Shown one piece after another: positions 1 through 24,189 of a DNA stretch of 64,000 nucleotides (its first letter is position 1; each line of letters opens with the position of its first letter). The position numbers and the translations under genes were made by a program. Below the pieces are notes generated by a model that saw only the letters and a list, made by a program, of their open reading frames with translations, did no database searches and had not been told where the DNA came from. The DNA is from the human T2T-CHM13v2.0 reference genome, Homo sapiens: the NCBI RefSeq assembly GCF_009914755.1, contig NC_060932.1; one strand, given 5' to 3'.

Positions 1-312
1 TTTCTTTTTTTTTTCTTTGCGTTCACATGATTACCCCACAGTTTATAAATCACAGGTCTATTTTGTACACTTTGTACCAGGCAAGTCTGGGCACGCAAAG
101 ATTGTAGCAAGTTCACAAAAGCCACTTCACATGCTTGGTTGTCATTTAGGTTATGACTTTGAGAACAAAAGAAGACAAACTTTTATAATGATAGGCAGGT
201 TTACATAAATTGCTGCACAAACCAAATTCAGAATAACTTCCTGTTGGAAAAGTTATTCTTTTACTGACACTCTGCCATAATACTTTCTGATATTTTAAAA
301 ACTATCCTTAGT

Positions 313-632
<320 letters not shown>

Positions 633-1719
633 TCAGTAATTTATAAGTATGACATGAAGGTTTTGGTACCTTTTTCTCCTCTCTTGTTTATTCCTTCTGT
701 GAGTCACTGAGTCTGCAGCCACCCAGGCTTCCAACTGATGACTGGATGAAGTCTAGCTTTTCCCCCAAAGCAGTTATCCTGACACTTTATAAATCACAGA
801 AAGAGAGTCAAGAGTCATAGCCTTAGGAGCACAGATAAGACTTGAAGTTTGTTCATTTCCTTCCTCTAATGGCTCTTTTTGCTACAGTTTCAGTTCAGTG
901 ACTTAAGAATATCCAAGTTAAAAAAGAAAAGAAAAAAAAGACCCCCCTGCAGTTCAGATATATGCAGTAAAAAAAGCCAGAGCACGGAATTCAGTAGCTA
1001 CATCCCCCAGGCATATATTGGAGGGATTAGCAATGCGAGCTATGACCAGAGACAGACCTGGGTGAGAAGTGACCACGTGCTGGCAGCCCTCGCTCACTCT
1101 CGGTGCCTCCTTGGCCTTGGCACCCACTCTGGCTGTGCTTGAGGAGCCCTTCAGCCCGCCGCTGCACTGTGGGAGCCCCTCTCTGGGCTGGCCGAGGCCA
1201 GAGCCGGCTCCCTCTGCTTCCAGGGAGGTGTGGAGGGAGAGGCATGGGCAGGAACTGGGGCTGCGTGCGGCGCTCACGGGCCAGCATGAGTTCCGGGTGG
1301 GCATGGGCTCCACGGGCCCCGCACATGGAGTGGCCAGCCGGCACTGCCGGGCCCCGGGCAGTGAGGGGCTTAGCACCTAGGCCAGCAGCTGCGGAGGGTG
1401 TGCTGGGTCACCCAGCAGCACCAGCCGGCGGTCGAATTCTTGCTGGGCCTCAGTTGCCTCCCCGTGGGGTGGGGCTCAGGACCTGCAACCTGCCATGCCC
1501 AAGCCTCCCTCCTTCCGTGGGCTCCTGCACTGCCTGAGCCTCCCTGACAAGTGCTGCCCCCTGCTCCATGGCGCCCAGTCCTATCGACCGCCCAAGGGCT
1601 GAGGAGTGTGGGCACACAGCACGGGACTGGCGGGCAGCTCTCCCTGTGGCCCTGGTGCAGGATCCACTAGGTGAAGCCAGCTGGGCTCTTGAGTCTAGTG
1701 GGGACTTGGAGAACCTTTA

Positions 1720-2145
1720 TGTCTAGCTAAGGGATTGTAAATACACCAATCAGCACTCTGTGTCTAGCTCAAGGTTTGTAAATGCACCAATCAGCACCCT
1801 GTGTCTAGCTCAAGGATTGTAAATGCACTAGTCAGCACTCTGTATCTAGCTAATCTGGTGGGGACTTGGAGAACCTTTATGTCTAGCTAAAGGATTGTAA
1901 ATACACCAATCAGCACTCTGTGTCTAGCTCAAGGTTTGTAAACACACCAATCAGCACCCTGTGTCTAGCTCAAGGTTTGTAAATGCACCAATCAGTGCTC
2001 TGTGTCTAGCTAATCTAGTGGGGACTTGGATAACTTTTGTGTCTAGCTCAGGGATTGTAAACACACCAATCAGCACCTGTCAAAATGCACCAGTCATCTC
2101 TCTGTAAAACAGACCAAACAGCTCTCTGTAAAATGGACCAATCAG
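1720..2145 (+). repeat. LTR12 U3 enhancer tandem repeats (~41 bp, CCAAT/NF-Y boxes)
   Basis: Repeated TGTGTCTAGCTCAAGGTTTGTAAATGCACCAATCAGCAC units; known ERV9 enhancer architecture. Confidence 0.9.
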
Positions 2146-2210
2146 CAGGATGTGGGTGGGGCCAGATAAGGGAATAAAAGCAGGCTGCCCGAGCCAGCAG
2201 TGGCAACTCG
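2136..2210 (+). promoter_or_regulatory. LTR12 core promoter pointing right
   Basis: CCAAT ~2139, AGATAAG 2164-2170, AATAAAA TATA-like box 2173-2179; activity not shown. Confidence 0.7.
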
Positions 2211-2363
2211 CTCAGTCCCCTTCCACACTGTGGAAGTTTTGTTCTTTCATTGTTTGCAATAAATCTTGCTGCTGCTCACTCTTTGGGTCCACACTGCCTT
2301 TATGAGCCATAACACTCACCGCGAAGGTCTGCAGCTTCACTCCTGAGGCCAGCGAGACCATGA

Positions 2364-2756
<393 letters not shown>

Positions 2757-3081
2757 TAGTAGTGATGGAGTTTCACCATGTTGGCCAGGTTAGTCTTGAA
2801 CTCCTGACTTCAAGTGATCTGCCTGCCACGACCTCCCAAAGTGCTGGGATTACAGGCGTGAGCCACCACACCTGGCCTCAGCTCTTTTTCTTACCAGCAG
2901 TGCCCTGTGCCCTCATTTATGAAATGGAGATGATATCTCCTCCATAAAGAATTATTTTCAGGATTAAATGAAGTGTCCAATGTTAATTGCTTGGCACAGT
3001 GTCTGACAGAATATGTATTCCATTACAGTTGTTATTATTGGTGTTGTGCTTGCTTTGAGCCACTCTATATAAGTTATGCTA

Positions 3082-5062
<1,981 letters not shown>

Positions 5063-5239
5063 GAGCTCAGCTAATGACAAGTTGAATGTCTAAGCCCACT
5101 TTTGTGGCTGTAAGAGTTGAGAAGATGAGAAGATGCCTTACCTATAATAAATATATATTGAACAAGTTAATACTATCTCCAGTGAACAATGTGAAAATAG
5201 CAATTATTCTTTATGTACAAAATATATGAATCACTACTG

Positions 5240-5700
5240 TAGGGATTCTATGCTTATAAAGAAAAAGGACCTACTAAAGCTTTCTCAAGGTCAAAGAAGA
5301 CAGAGATATGAACTCCAAGGCTTCATAAGGAATCAGAACCAGGAACTGGAAACCTGTTGGGAACCAAGGAAGATCCAGTCTCTCTCCCCTTCCCAGCTCT
5401 TGCTCTGTTTTGCTCTGCAGGACAGCTTTCTCCCTGCATACCACCTCTCAGTCTCAATCCCTGATCATCGGCACAGCTTTCCCTTCACGGCTGCTTGATG
5501 CTACATGACTCCTTGGGGCCAGCATCAGATGCGAACTGACTCAATCTGTCTGAGCCCCAGTTCTACATTCTTAGGAAAGAGATTCTGATTCACTCAGTGT
5601 GAGCCAAGTGTCCACAAATGGTCCAAATTACTGTGAACAAGAGACCATGGGAGTGGAAAGTTCTTGGCTAAGGCATTGTAGGGGTGAGAAGAAATGAATT
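5240..5700 (-). mobile_element. Old ERVL/MaLR-class LTR (MLT1K/LTR33-like)
   Basis: GAGATTCTGATTCACTCAG...GTGTCCACAAATGGTCCAA...CTGTG resembles the reverse of the conserved CTGATTGG...TGACCCAAGCTGGGCCAATCAGA block. Confidence 0.55.
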
Positions 5701-6019
5701 CCTAGAATTCAACTTAGACAATGACATGGCCACTAAAATGGGTCATTCCTTCCTTCCACCAGCACTGACTATCATGAGTCAGGCTGTGCTGGGGACTCAA
5801 GGATGAATAATTCCTAGTCTCTAGCCTTGAGGAGGTCAGACTTCAGAAAACAAGACAGGAAAACTAAAGAAACGCTTTAACGAGGACAAAATACAAGAAG
5901 TATTAATTCATTCAGGACTCTAGGGGAGTTGATGACTAATTTGATAGAGGGTGTGACAGCAGAAAGATCTGGAAGAATGCATTAAAAACTCACAAAGCAC
6001 ACGCATTAGGCTAAACATG

Positions 6020-6310
6020 AGTTAACTTATATCAATTTTAGAATTTCTCTTCATTGAAGGACACTATGGACAAAGTGAACACAAATGACAGGTCCAAGAA
6101 AAGGCCTTCTCAATCATGAAAACTGACAGGGATTTAATGCAAATCAGTAAGAAAATGATGGTTGCTCCACTGGGAGACGCGCAAGCGTTATACACAAGTA
6201 ATGCTCATACCAGAGGAGAGAACCAAAAGTGTCAGGTGTCTGAGGAGATGATAACACTCATCCATGATCCCTTTACACCAACAAGACCAGCAAAACCAGT
6301 AAGCTGCAGG
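6020..6310 (+). mobile_element. Ancient L1 (L1ME-like) ORF2 3' fragment
   Basis: AATTTCTCTTCATTGAAGGACACTATGGACAAAGTGAA...AACTGACAGGGATTTAAT resembles L1 ORF2 C-terminal DNA. Confidence 0.55.
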
Positions 6311-6954
6311 TGCCCAGTGTGGGCAGAGCTTGAGCTCTGGGCTGGGAGAGCTGACCCATGCATCCGTCCCAGAAGGGCTTCTCAAGGAAGATGAGGATAG
6401 AGTGAGGAACCAGCTTGGAAGGGTTTCTGACTCCCAAGTTTGTTTTTTTGATTCTAAAGACAGTGGAGAATCAAGAGAAGATTCTAAGCAGACCCGCGAC
6501 ACAGCCAGAACAAAACTGACACAATGCGGAGTTAAAAACAGACTGGAGACAGGACTGGCTGCTTAGGAAATGAATTGAGGGACATGTCTATATAAAATTA
6601 TATACAATGATTAAAGAAGAATGCAAAATAGTGTGCAGAGACTAGCAATTATTGTTAAGATTGGCAGAGTATGTTTACTAAGATCAGAAGTGAATCTGTA
6701 ATTGAGCATATCATGTTTAACATTCAAACGGTTCTTTTTTCCCATGCAGCAGCCTGTTTATGTTTTTTTTTATTCTACAAAATATTGTTTAGAATCCTGG
6801 GGCCTAAACATTAAGAGTGTTACTTAAACAAACAAAAAGTACACAGAGATTAAGTCTAGAGTCATTATTCTTTGATCCTGTCTGACAGGTGAAGTCTCAG
6901 CAGACTTTGTTGGTTTCTGACAGTTATTTTTTATATGACAGTTATGAAAATTTA

Positions 6955-7412
6955 AGCCAGGCACAGTGGCTCATGCATGTAACACTAGTGCTTTGGAAGG
7001 CCGAGGTGGGAGGATTGCCTGAGGCCAGGAGTTCAAGACCAGCCTGGGCAACATAGCGGGAACCTGTCTCTACAAAAATTTTAAAAAATTAGCTGCGAGT
7101 GGTGGCATGTGCCTGCAGTCCTAGCTACTCAGAAAGCTGAAGTGGGAGGACTGCTTGAGCTCAGGAGTTTGAGGCTGCATTGAGCTATGATCTCACCATT
7201 GCATTCCAGCCTGGGCAACATAGTGAGACCCTATCTCTTCAAAAAATTAAAAAATTAGCTGGGCATGGTGGCATACCTGTGGTCCTAGCTCCTCGGGAGG
7301 CTGGGGCCAGAGGATCACTTGAGCCCCGGAGTTTGAGGCTGCAGTGAGCCATAATCGTACCACTGCATTCTATCCTGTGTCATAGCAAGACTTTGTCTCA
7401 AAAAAAAAAAAA
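6955..7412 (+). mobile_element. AluJ with a second right arm (L-R-R trimer)
   Basis: Full AluJ to ~7240 then AAATTAGCTGGGCATGG right arm and A tail; flanks GAAAAT(T/G)TAA. Confidence 0.8.
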
Positions 7413-8226
7413 GGAAAGAAAATGTAAAGCCTAGTTATACATAAATCACTCTTTACAGAATGTAACTGCTCTGAGTTTATGAGATTATGGGTAATTTTTC
7501 AAAATGTCTTTTGAAAAAGTTCCTATGGTGTCTACAATGAGGTTATACCTCCACCCTTAATCTGTACCCAGTTTCTCTGTGACACTAATTGGTTATCCAG
7601 CTGGCCGCTAATGTCACTGGTGCCCAATCATGGGGTGGGCAGAGCAGCTGGCTCCCTGAGGAGGGCAGGAAAGCAAGGCCCCAGCTATGGGCAGGTTGTC
7701 TGCAATGATGGCACCTACGCAGTTCTCGTGATTTTAAAGACACGAAGCTCACCAGTCCAATGAAGTAGACAGTCAATAAATGCTTGTTAGCTACTGCTTT
7801 GTATGTGCAGAGATTCAATTACCTCTACTCTTTAAAAATGGTTCATTTTGGCTTCTGTAACCTGAATATTAATTAGCATGCCATTCTCTTTCCTGTACAT
7901 CTCCCCATCTCAGAGCAATGCCAGCACTGAGAAAGCACAAAGTCCTTTTTCTTATTTGCTTCCAGTTTTCTAATTTTACCTTCTCCCTCTGCCTTGCTCC
8001 CTGTTTTGTCTCAGCCCCAGTCTCTCATCTTTCCTTTTGTACCCTGTGTCCTAGGCTCGATGGCTATGTTCTCACTCATCTATGAGCAGGCTGCATGGAG
8101 ACCTAAACATAGTCCAGACAGACGAACCCTCAGAGTAAAATATCAAATCCAGCTCATTTGACAATCAAGTATTCGAGCGAACATCAAAGAAGTACGTACA
8201 CGTTATGTTACTTGCTAGGATGTTAA

Positions 8227-10327
<2,101 letters not shown>

Positions 10328-10682
10328 TTAATGTAACAGGTGAGTTCCAGAAAAGAAATATCTGAATAAAATTATGAATAGAAAGAATAGAACTTCAAGT
10401 GACTAAGTTCTGTGAAGGAATTCTGTTGTTAATTATTTAATAATTAAAGAATGATCTTGTAAAACAAGGTGGCAGCATGATAAATTGGAGTAATAATGGG
10501 ATTTGGAGAAGTAAGAGCCAAGCTTCAGCCCTGAGTTTGCAAAATTGAGCTGGATTATATCCAAACACTCTTAGCCACAGTTTTCATCTATAAAACCAGA
10601 ATTATTTCACAATGTTATTGCACTTTGCAAATGATAAAGTACTATACAAGTATGAGCTGTTGCCATAATTATCTGCAGATAC

Positions 10683-10767
10683 TTTTATTTCTTATTTTTT
10701 TATTTTTTTTGAGACGGAGTTTCACTCTTGTCACCCAGGCTGGAGTGCAATGGTGCAATCTCAGCTC
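10683..10767 (-). mobile_element. Short Alu 3' fragment with tail
   Basis: T-rich tail then GAGACGGAGTTTCACTCTTGTC...TCTCAGCTC, abrupt end. Confidence 0.85.
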
Positions 10768-11749
10768 CTGGGAGAAAAGAACCAAATACATCTAATGTGG
10801 CTTGGGAATAGCCAGTAGTTCTGCCTGTCCTCACGCCTTAAGGAGCTGTTTTGGAAATGAGGAGAAGAAAGACATTCTCAGCTTCCACGAATTTCCTCAA
10901 TTCTAGTCATTCTAGCCATCAAAACGGCCTGTGATTCAAAATATCCTTTCTTTTCTTCCTGAGAAACCACAATGAAATTATTTCTTGATTACTAAAGGAA
11001 ATGGAAGATTTTCTGTTTCAGATGGCAGACTGAGTACATATATTTAGAAACTCTATCACAATGCTAATTAATAATATTTTAAAAACTCCAACAATAAAGA
11101 GAATAGAAAAGGGTATGATCAACAAACAAGAGAATTCAACAAATTTCTGTAAACACAAAGTGCACAGAAGTGGCAGTGAGAGATGAGATCGGTGGAAAGC
11201 CTAAGTTACTGATGGCCAGGGTTGCGACTGCAGGGCTGGGGCTGAGCACGACCCAGAGAGCAGAGCCTAGAAAGCCTTCAGACTCCTAGGCAGGTACAAA
11301 GTGGGTCTGAACACAGGGGGATTTATCACAGTTTTCTTCATTTCTTTGTTTATTTAGAGATAGGGTCTTGCTCTGTCACCCAGGTTGGAATGCAGTGGTG
11401 ACATCATGGTTCACTGTAGCTTCAGCCTCCCAGGCTCAAGTAATCCTCCCACCTCAGCCTCCCAAGTAGCTAGGACCAGAAGTGCTCACCACCATGCCCA
11501 GCCAATTTTTAAACTTTTTGTAGAGATGGGGTCTCCCTCCCTATGTTGGCTAGGCTGGTCTTAAATTCCTGGGCTCAAGTGATCTTTCCTCCTTATCCTC
11601 CTAAAATGTTGGCTTACAGGCAAGAGCCACCATGCCCCAGCCCAAAGATTTATAAATTATATTAAAACCAATCCTACCCCTAGAGTCCTCAACTTGCCTA
11701 TACAAAATGTCTTGTAGCCAGATGTTTAAACCCCAGGCAAAGAAAAGGC

Positions 11750-11777
11750 ATCTTTTCTTTCTTTTCTCTTTTTCTTT

Positions 11778-11849
<72 letters not shown>

Positions 11850-11880
11850 TTTCTTTCTTTCTTTCTTTCTTCCCCCCCCC

Positions 11881-11925
<45 letters not shown>
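11750..11925 (+). repeat. (TTTC)n/(TC)n microsatellite from the tail of an antisense Alu (~11925-12207)
   Basis: Direct reading. Confidence 0.95.
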
Positions 11926-11926
<1 letters not shown>

Positions 11927-11930
11927 GTGA

Positions 11931-12188
<258 letters not shown>

Positions 12189-12229
12189 TGAGCCACTGCG
12201 CCCTGCCTTGGCTTGGAATTTTTTTTTTT

Positions 12230-13440
12230 TTTTTTGCATTCCCACGAGCAATGAATGAGTTTCTGTTACTACACATTCTCACCAGCATGTGATATTGTCA
12301 GTAGTCTGAATTAATGCCATTCTAATAGGTGTGTAGTGGTACTTCATTATTTTAATTTGCATTTCCATGATGACCTATGATGTAGAGCATCTTTGCATTT
12401 GCTTATTTGCTTTCTGTATATCTTCTTTGGTGAGAGATCTGTTGAAGTCCTTGGCCCATTTTTAAATTTGGCTGTTTGTTTCCTTATTGTGGTATTTGAA
12501 GAGTTTTGTGGGTTTTTTTTGCATGTTTCATGTAATATTCCTTTATGTCTTTTGCAAAAGACATATTCCAGATATGTCTTTTGCAAATATTTTCTCCCAG
12601 TCTCTGCTTGTCTTTTCACTCTCTTGAAAGTGTCTTCTACAGAGAGAAAATTTTAATTTTAGTGAAGTCCAGCTTACCAATTCTTTCACAGATCATGCCT
12701 TCTGTGTTATATCTAAAGTCATCTCCAAGGCCGGGCGTGGTGGCTCATGCTGTAATCCCAGCATGTTGGGAGGCTGAGGCAGGGGGATCACTTGAAGTGA
12801 GGATTCAAGACCAGCCTGGCCAATATAGTGAAACCCTGTCTCTACTAAAAATACAAAAAAGAAAAAAATTAGCTGGGCATGGTGGCGCACACCTGTAGTC
12901 GCAGCTACTCGGGAGGCTGAGGCAGGAGAATTGCTTGGACCCAGGAGGTCAAGGTTACAGTGAGTCGAGATCATGCCACTGCACTTCAGCCTGGGCAACA
13001 AAATGAGACTCTGTCTCAAAAATAAATAAATAAATATAAAGTCATCTGCAAACCCAAAGTTATCTAGGTTTTCTCCTACGTTATCTTCTAGGAGTTTCAT
13101 AGTTTTGCGTTTTACATTTAGTTCTATGATCCATTTTGAGTTAATTTTTGTGAAGTGTGTAAAGGCTGTGTATGATTCATCTTTTTTTTCCATGTGGATG
13201 CCCAGTTGTTCCAGCACCAACGTTGAAAAGACTGTATTTCTCCATTCCAGTGCCTTTGAGCCTTTATCAAATATCAGTTGATTATATTTATGTGGGTCTA
13301 TTTCTGAGCTTTCTATTGTGTTCCATTGACTTATTTGTCTATTCTGACACCAATACCACACTGTCTGGCTTACAGTAGCATTGTAGTATGTCTTGAAGGC
13401 AGGTTGTGTCAGTCCTCTGACTGTCTTCTCCTTCAGTGTG
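12230..13440 (-). mobile_element. L1M ORF2 3' region, interrupted by Alu + 12729-13035
   Basis: Translation GLT.PAFKTYYNATV.QTVWYW.QNRQISQWN.IESSEIDPHKYNQLIFDKG; Alu TSD TAAAGTCATCT(C/G)CAA. Confidence 0.9.
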
Positions 13441-13820
13441 GAAACTGAAAACACAGTAACAAAATATATAGTCTACAGAGTTGATTCTGCAGAATATCAA
13501 TAAATAAAACAAAGAAGGCCAGGCGCGGTGGCTCACTCCTGTAATCCCAGCACTTTGAGAGGCCGAGGCGGGCAGATCACCTGAGGTCAGGAGTTCAAGA
13601 CCAGTGGGGCCAACATGGTGAAACCCCATCTCTACTAAAAATACAAAAATTAGCCAGGCATGGTGGCAGGCACCTGTAATCCCAGCTACTCAGGAGGCTA
13701 AGGCAGCAGAATCGCTCTAACCCAGGAGACAGAGGTTGCAGTGAGCCAAGATTACAGCACTGCACTCCAGCCTTGGAGACAAGTATGAAACTTCATCTCA
13801 AAAAAAAAACAAAAGAAAAA

Positions 13821-14479
13821 TGTGGTAGACTGATCACATTAATGGCACTAATTAATAGTCTTCCTCTATCCATGCCCTTTGCCCTGTAACTTTGAAGTCC
13901 CATCCACTTTGATTTTGGTCTCAGCCATGTGACTTGTCAAAGAGACATTTGCATACTTGACCTGCACAGAGGCTTTACTGCTCCTCTGTGTTTGACATGA
14001 GATCATATGCAGGCTTGCCTTCAGGAGAATGAGTTACCACTTCAAGTAGAACCGAGTCATTTCAACATTAGCTATGACTAGCCTGCTAGTCAGCCCTCCA
14101 GCTGACCACAGACACAAGAGCAAGCCAAGCCGAGATTAGCTGAGTCCAGCCCAGGTTTACAGAACCACCTAGCTGACCTATAGATTTGTGAGAAATTCAG
14201 CCTGGGCAACATGGCAAAACCCAGTCTACCTACAAAACATACAAAAATTAGCTGTGCATGGTGGCACACCTGTAGTCCTAGCTACTCAGAAGGCTGAGGT
14301 GGGAGGATTGCCTGAGCCCAGGAGGTCAAGGCTGCAGTGAGCCATGATTGTGCCACTGCACTCCAGCCTGGGCAGAGACCCTATCTCAAAAAAAAAAAAA
14401 AAAAAAAAAAGATTTGTGAGAAATAGTTTTAAGCCATTACATTTTGAGATGGTTTTTTACAGCAGTAGCTGATAACACA
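13821..14479 (+). mobile_element. MLT1 (MaLR) LTR with a 5'-truncated AluJ inserted (~14198-14410)
   Basis: TGTGGTAG start, CTCAGCCATGTGACTTG, TTTTAAGCCATTACATTTTGAGATGGTT...ACA end; Alu TSD AGATTTGTGAGAAAT. Confidence 0.8.
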
Positions 14480-14785
14480 AACTTGAGAAAGTATCCCAGA
14501 ATTTAGAGAAAATAAAGAAACAGAGGCTGGGCATGGTGGTGTGCACCTATAGTCTCAGCTACTCAGGAAGCTGAGGCAGGAGGATTGCTTGAGCCCAGGA
14601 GTTCAAGGCTGCAGTGAGCTATGATCACGCCACTGCACACCAGCCTGGATGACACAGTGAGTTGCTGTCTCTTAAAAAAAGAAAGAAAAACAGAAAGCAA
14701 GAAAGAGAGAAAGAAAGAAAGAAAAACAGAAACAAAGAGAGAAAACATGGATGCAGAGGACAGAGAAAGGAAATCCAACATATGA

Positions 14786-15565
<780 letters not shown>

Positions 15566-15608
15566 GATGAGATAATAGCTTTCCTTGTTGTTTAAGAAAG
15601 GGTAGGTT

Positions 15609-15725
15609 GAGCTAAGCCCATTAGTGCATGCCTGTACTTTCAGCTACATGGGAGGATTCCTTGAGTTGAAGAGTTTGAGTCCAGCCTCGGTAACATAGGG
15701 AGACCCAGTCTCAAAAAAGAAAAAG
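15609..15725 (+). mobile_element. Monomeric Alu (FLAM/FAM-like)
   Basis: Single arm with perfect 15-bp TSD AAGAAAGGGTAGGTT. Confidence 0.8.
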
Positions 15726-16082
15726 AAAGGGTAGGTTATTACTTGCAAACCATCTAGCTGATACAGCATTTCATTCCTAACTTTGACTGAAAGCAAGAAA
15801 CAGGGTAATGGGAGTAGCTCCAAATAAACCAATTACAGCAATAAATGTATAGGCTTTAATCTATTATATTCCTCCTTATAAGTCACAGGTTTTCAGATTG
15901 AGTAAAAAACAAGATCAATCTTATTTCCTTATAAGAAGCAGCTTAAAGCAAAAAGTTTCAAGTTAAAGGATGGGCAAACATATTGGGCAAATACAAACAA
16001 AAATACAGTAAAAATTACATTATTATATGAAATAGAATTTGATGTGAAACCATTTAATGAAACCAAGAAGATATGTTCATTA

Positions 16083-16481
<399 letters not shown>

Positions 16482-17719
16482 TTAAACAAGAAATGTTGAG
16501 CATATACAGCAGGGGCCAGCAGACTATTTCTACAAAGGGCAAGACAGCAAATTTCTGTTTTAAATATTAATATATATTAAAGAGTTTACAAACACTGAAT
16601 TTCTATGTACAACCACAACTGCACTCATCCCTCATCCTAAAGGAGGGAACCCCATATCCCTTTCAGCTGTGGACATGGAATCCACGGTTTCCAGGGAAAG
16701 ACATTCCTTTTCTTGGTCAGTCTTGATTTGTACCTCCTTTCCATCCTGCACTGTATGAACTAAATCAGCGATTAACCCATGTCTTCACCATGCACATCAA
16801 AATAGGGGGTTGTCTTGAAGCATGAACAAGTTACACTGTGCTGTAATTATCCAATATTGTGAAGTTCTGATATTAAAGTTATATTAGCTTGGTGAAATGA
16901 ATGGGAGATTATTCATATTTTTCTGTGTTCCGCATAATTCTAGGTAACATTAACATTATCTACTCGGAAGTTGGACTCAACTATACAGCTACCTGCTGTA
17001 TGTGCCTTCTTCATTGGCAGGTTTGTTTTTTTTTTTTTTCCCCAATGACAATTTCAACTTTTCCAAGTTTATTGTTCTGTTCAGTTTTGCTACTTCTTTT
17101 TGCATTAATTTTGGTCATTGATATCTTTCTATAAAATCATTTATTTTGTCCAGCTTTTCAAATAAATTTATTTGTAGAAGGTGTTCTTTTATATCTTTTT
17201 TTTATAACTGTCTTCTATATCTAAATTTGTCTCCTTTCTAATGTTTAATGTTACATATTCATATTGTATGAATTATACTTGCCAGAGAAGTGTCTATTTT
17301 GTTTCAGAGAAACAGCTCCTGAACTTATTTAATACCATTTTTGCACTTAAAAATTTATTTTAGCTCTTATCTTTCTCAATTTCTTCCTTCTGCTTTCCTT
17401 AGACTTAATTTTTTTCTACTGTTTCTTTTCCAACTTTTTGAGAAAAATTCTTGATTTATTTATTTTAACTTTTTCCTAATTAATAATAAAATCATTTCAG
17501 GTCATAAGTTTTCTTGAATAGTTTTTATCTTATTCCATAATTGGAGTGTTTTAAATGTTTATTGACTGTTTTTATTTACATTTTTATTTTTAATTTCTAA
17601 TATTATTGTACTGTGATAACAGAATGTGGCCTAAATAACTTTTTTTTTTAATTAACTAAAGTGCTTATTTCTGATGAATAGAGAATGGGTCTTTGTAAAT
17701 AGTTTCGTAGACTCCCGGG

Positions 17720-18165
17720 GATATCTGGCCAGCTTAGAACCCCTTTCTTTGAGAATTGTACTCTCTGTGTTCAGGGTGGGTTTCTGTAGCATGCTACCCC
17801 ACTTTCCACTCCCACATCACAGCTGCCTCCACCTCCCCACTGGCTAACTGGATTGGGAAATGCCTGACCCAAGCTGAGCCAGTCAGGTTTTTTACTCCCA
17901 GGAATTGGGAGTTGAGGTTTAGTGACTTGATGCAGATCTCTACTAGTTGAGAAGAAGCCACGTTCTACCTCGTGCAGAGAAGAGAGACAGAGAGAGAGCA
18001 ACAGCACTGCTTCCTGGCAGCTTCCCAGCTTCCTGCTTTATTCTCTTCTTGAGGTCTCATTATACTTCCAAAATTTGAGTTCCAACATTGAGCTCTTGTA
18101 TTCCACAATAAACTTTCTTTATTGGCTTAAGGTAGTTTGAGTAGATTTCTATTACCTGTGTAAGC
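17720..18165 (+). mobile_element. LTR16-like ERVL LTR
   Basis: GCCTGACCCAAGCTGAGCCAGTCAG...CCCAGGAATT and 3' AATAAA...GCTTAAG...TTTGAGTAGATTTCT. Confidence 0.65.
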
Positions 18166-18807
18166 AAGGTATGAAGGTTCAGTCTATTTGGATGTAAAAC
18201 CGAACTCTGTCTTTGTTTCATTAGAAGCAATTTGCCTCACTCTGTGGGGCAGAAAAAGCTCCACTGCAATGAAGCCAACAGTGACTCTCTCTTCCAGGAA
18301 GTGGAGATCAGAGAATGGTGGTATCTAAATACTGAGCCGTCTTTGTCCATGAGAAAGAGGAAAACTGTTCCATTTTTCTTGACAATCAGGGCTTTTCCTA
18401 ATTTAGAATCAAGGGCTATTAGAAAAGAGGATAATAAGGCTTTCTGGTGTGGAAAGAGACTTGGGCTCAAAGATAGAGGAGGCTGGGAAAGAAGTTGGAA
18501 CTGGTGAGATTCTCAAATGGGGCTGTTTTCCAGGAAGCACCAGGCTAGCGGGAAAAGAGGGACCTCCGACGGTGGCAGGTTTGCTGCATCGGAGACCGAC
18601 CTCACTGGCAACAACTCAGGTTGTTTTTTTTTTGTTTGTTTGTTTTGTGCTTTTTTTTTTTGGTTTAGTTTGTTTGTTTTTTGAGATGGAGTCTTGCTCT
18701 GTCACCCAGGCTGGAGTGCAGTGGCACGATCTCGGCTTACTGCAACCTTCGCGCCCCCACCTCTTGAGTAGCTGGGACTCCAGGCACATGCTACCATGCC
18801 CGGCTAA

Positions 18808-19044
<237 letters not shown>

Positions 19045-19109
19045 TAATGTATTTGAAGTTAAATATCTTCTTATTTGTTCTTATTAAACCATTTACTATT
19101 GTTTTATAT

Positions 19110-22442
<3,333 letters not shown>

Positions 22443-23068
22443 CAAACCCAAACTTCTGGGGCAGCCAGGCCCTGGGTCTTCCTGGGGCACTTCCCTCACG
22501 TACCACTGCTGAACAAATGCAGGGAGGAAACCTTAGGAAACCTCTTTGGATGATAGGGTTGAAATACAGCAAAAGTGGATGTTTATGCAAAGGAAAGACC
22601 CCTTCTGCAAACTACCCCATCAATTCTTCCTGTCCATATACTGAGACTCCAGGGTTTTAGTGGGAAGCAGAGCCCAGCCTACTCATTCTGTCAAGAAACT
22701 AGACAAGGTGTGGTCCAGCTCCAACTGTGTTTAAGTCACTGAGAGCTGCCTGGCCCAGCATGACAAGATGATAATGTCTGTATTGGATTTTGGTGAATAA
22801 AATGACCAAAAATAACATTGCCAGGCAGCCTCCTTAGGCTCCAAGGAGTTTTGTCACTGGGAAAAAGAGGCTAAGTGGGACCTGTAGTTGACTTAAATAT
22901 CTTGCCTCTGTTTATGATGCACCTGTCTGAAAATGAGAACCAGACAGGAAGAAGCAGAGCGGAGGGATGGCATGGCAGATTAATTAAGATGTCATATGAA
23001 TCCTCCAATTCAGCCATGACCAAAGCTACTTCTGTCCAATCGGTACTTTTGTTTCTTGCTTAAGACTG

Positions 23069-23802
<734 letters not shown>

Positions 23803-23841
23803 GTGTTGGATTTCTGTGTGTATTTCTTTCTGTTTTTGTGA

Positions 23842-24189
<348 letters not shown>

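Noticed and set aside
230-259. 10-bp inverted repeat AGAATAACTT/AAGTTATTCT
   Set aside because: Short and AT-rich; plausible by chance in 64 kb
954-1615. Overlapping GC-rich ORFs (also 25891-26802), CpG-island-like
   Set aside because: Stop-poor frames within the LTR12 U3 region
1720-2145. Regular ~41-bp repeats resembling a CRISPR array
   Set aside because: No unique spacers, eukaryotic context, known ERV9 enhancer repeats
12693-13454. 253-aa ORF, the longest in the window
   Set aside because: Chance read-through of decayed L1 ORF2 into an Alu, with a non-ATG start
18564-18593. Small CpG-containing hairpin CTCCGA...TCGGAG
   Set aside because: Too short and bulged, no RNA family features
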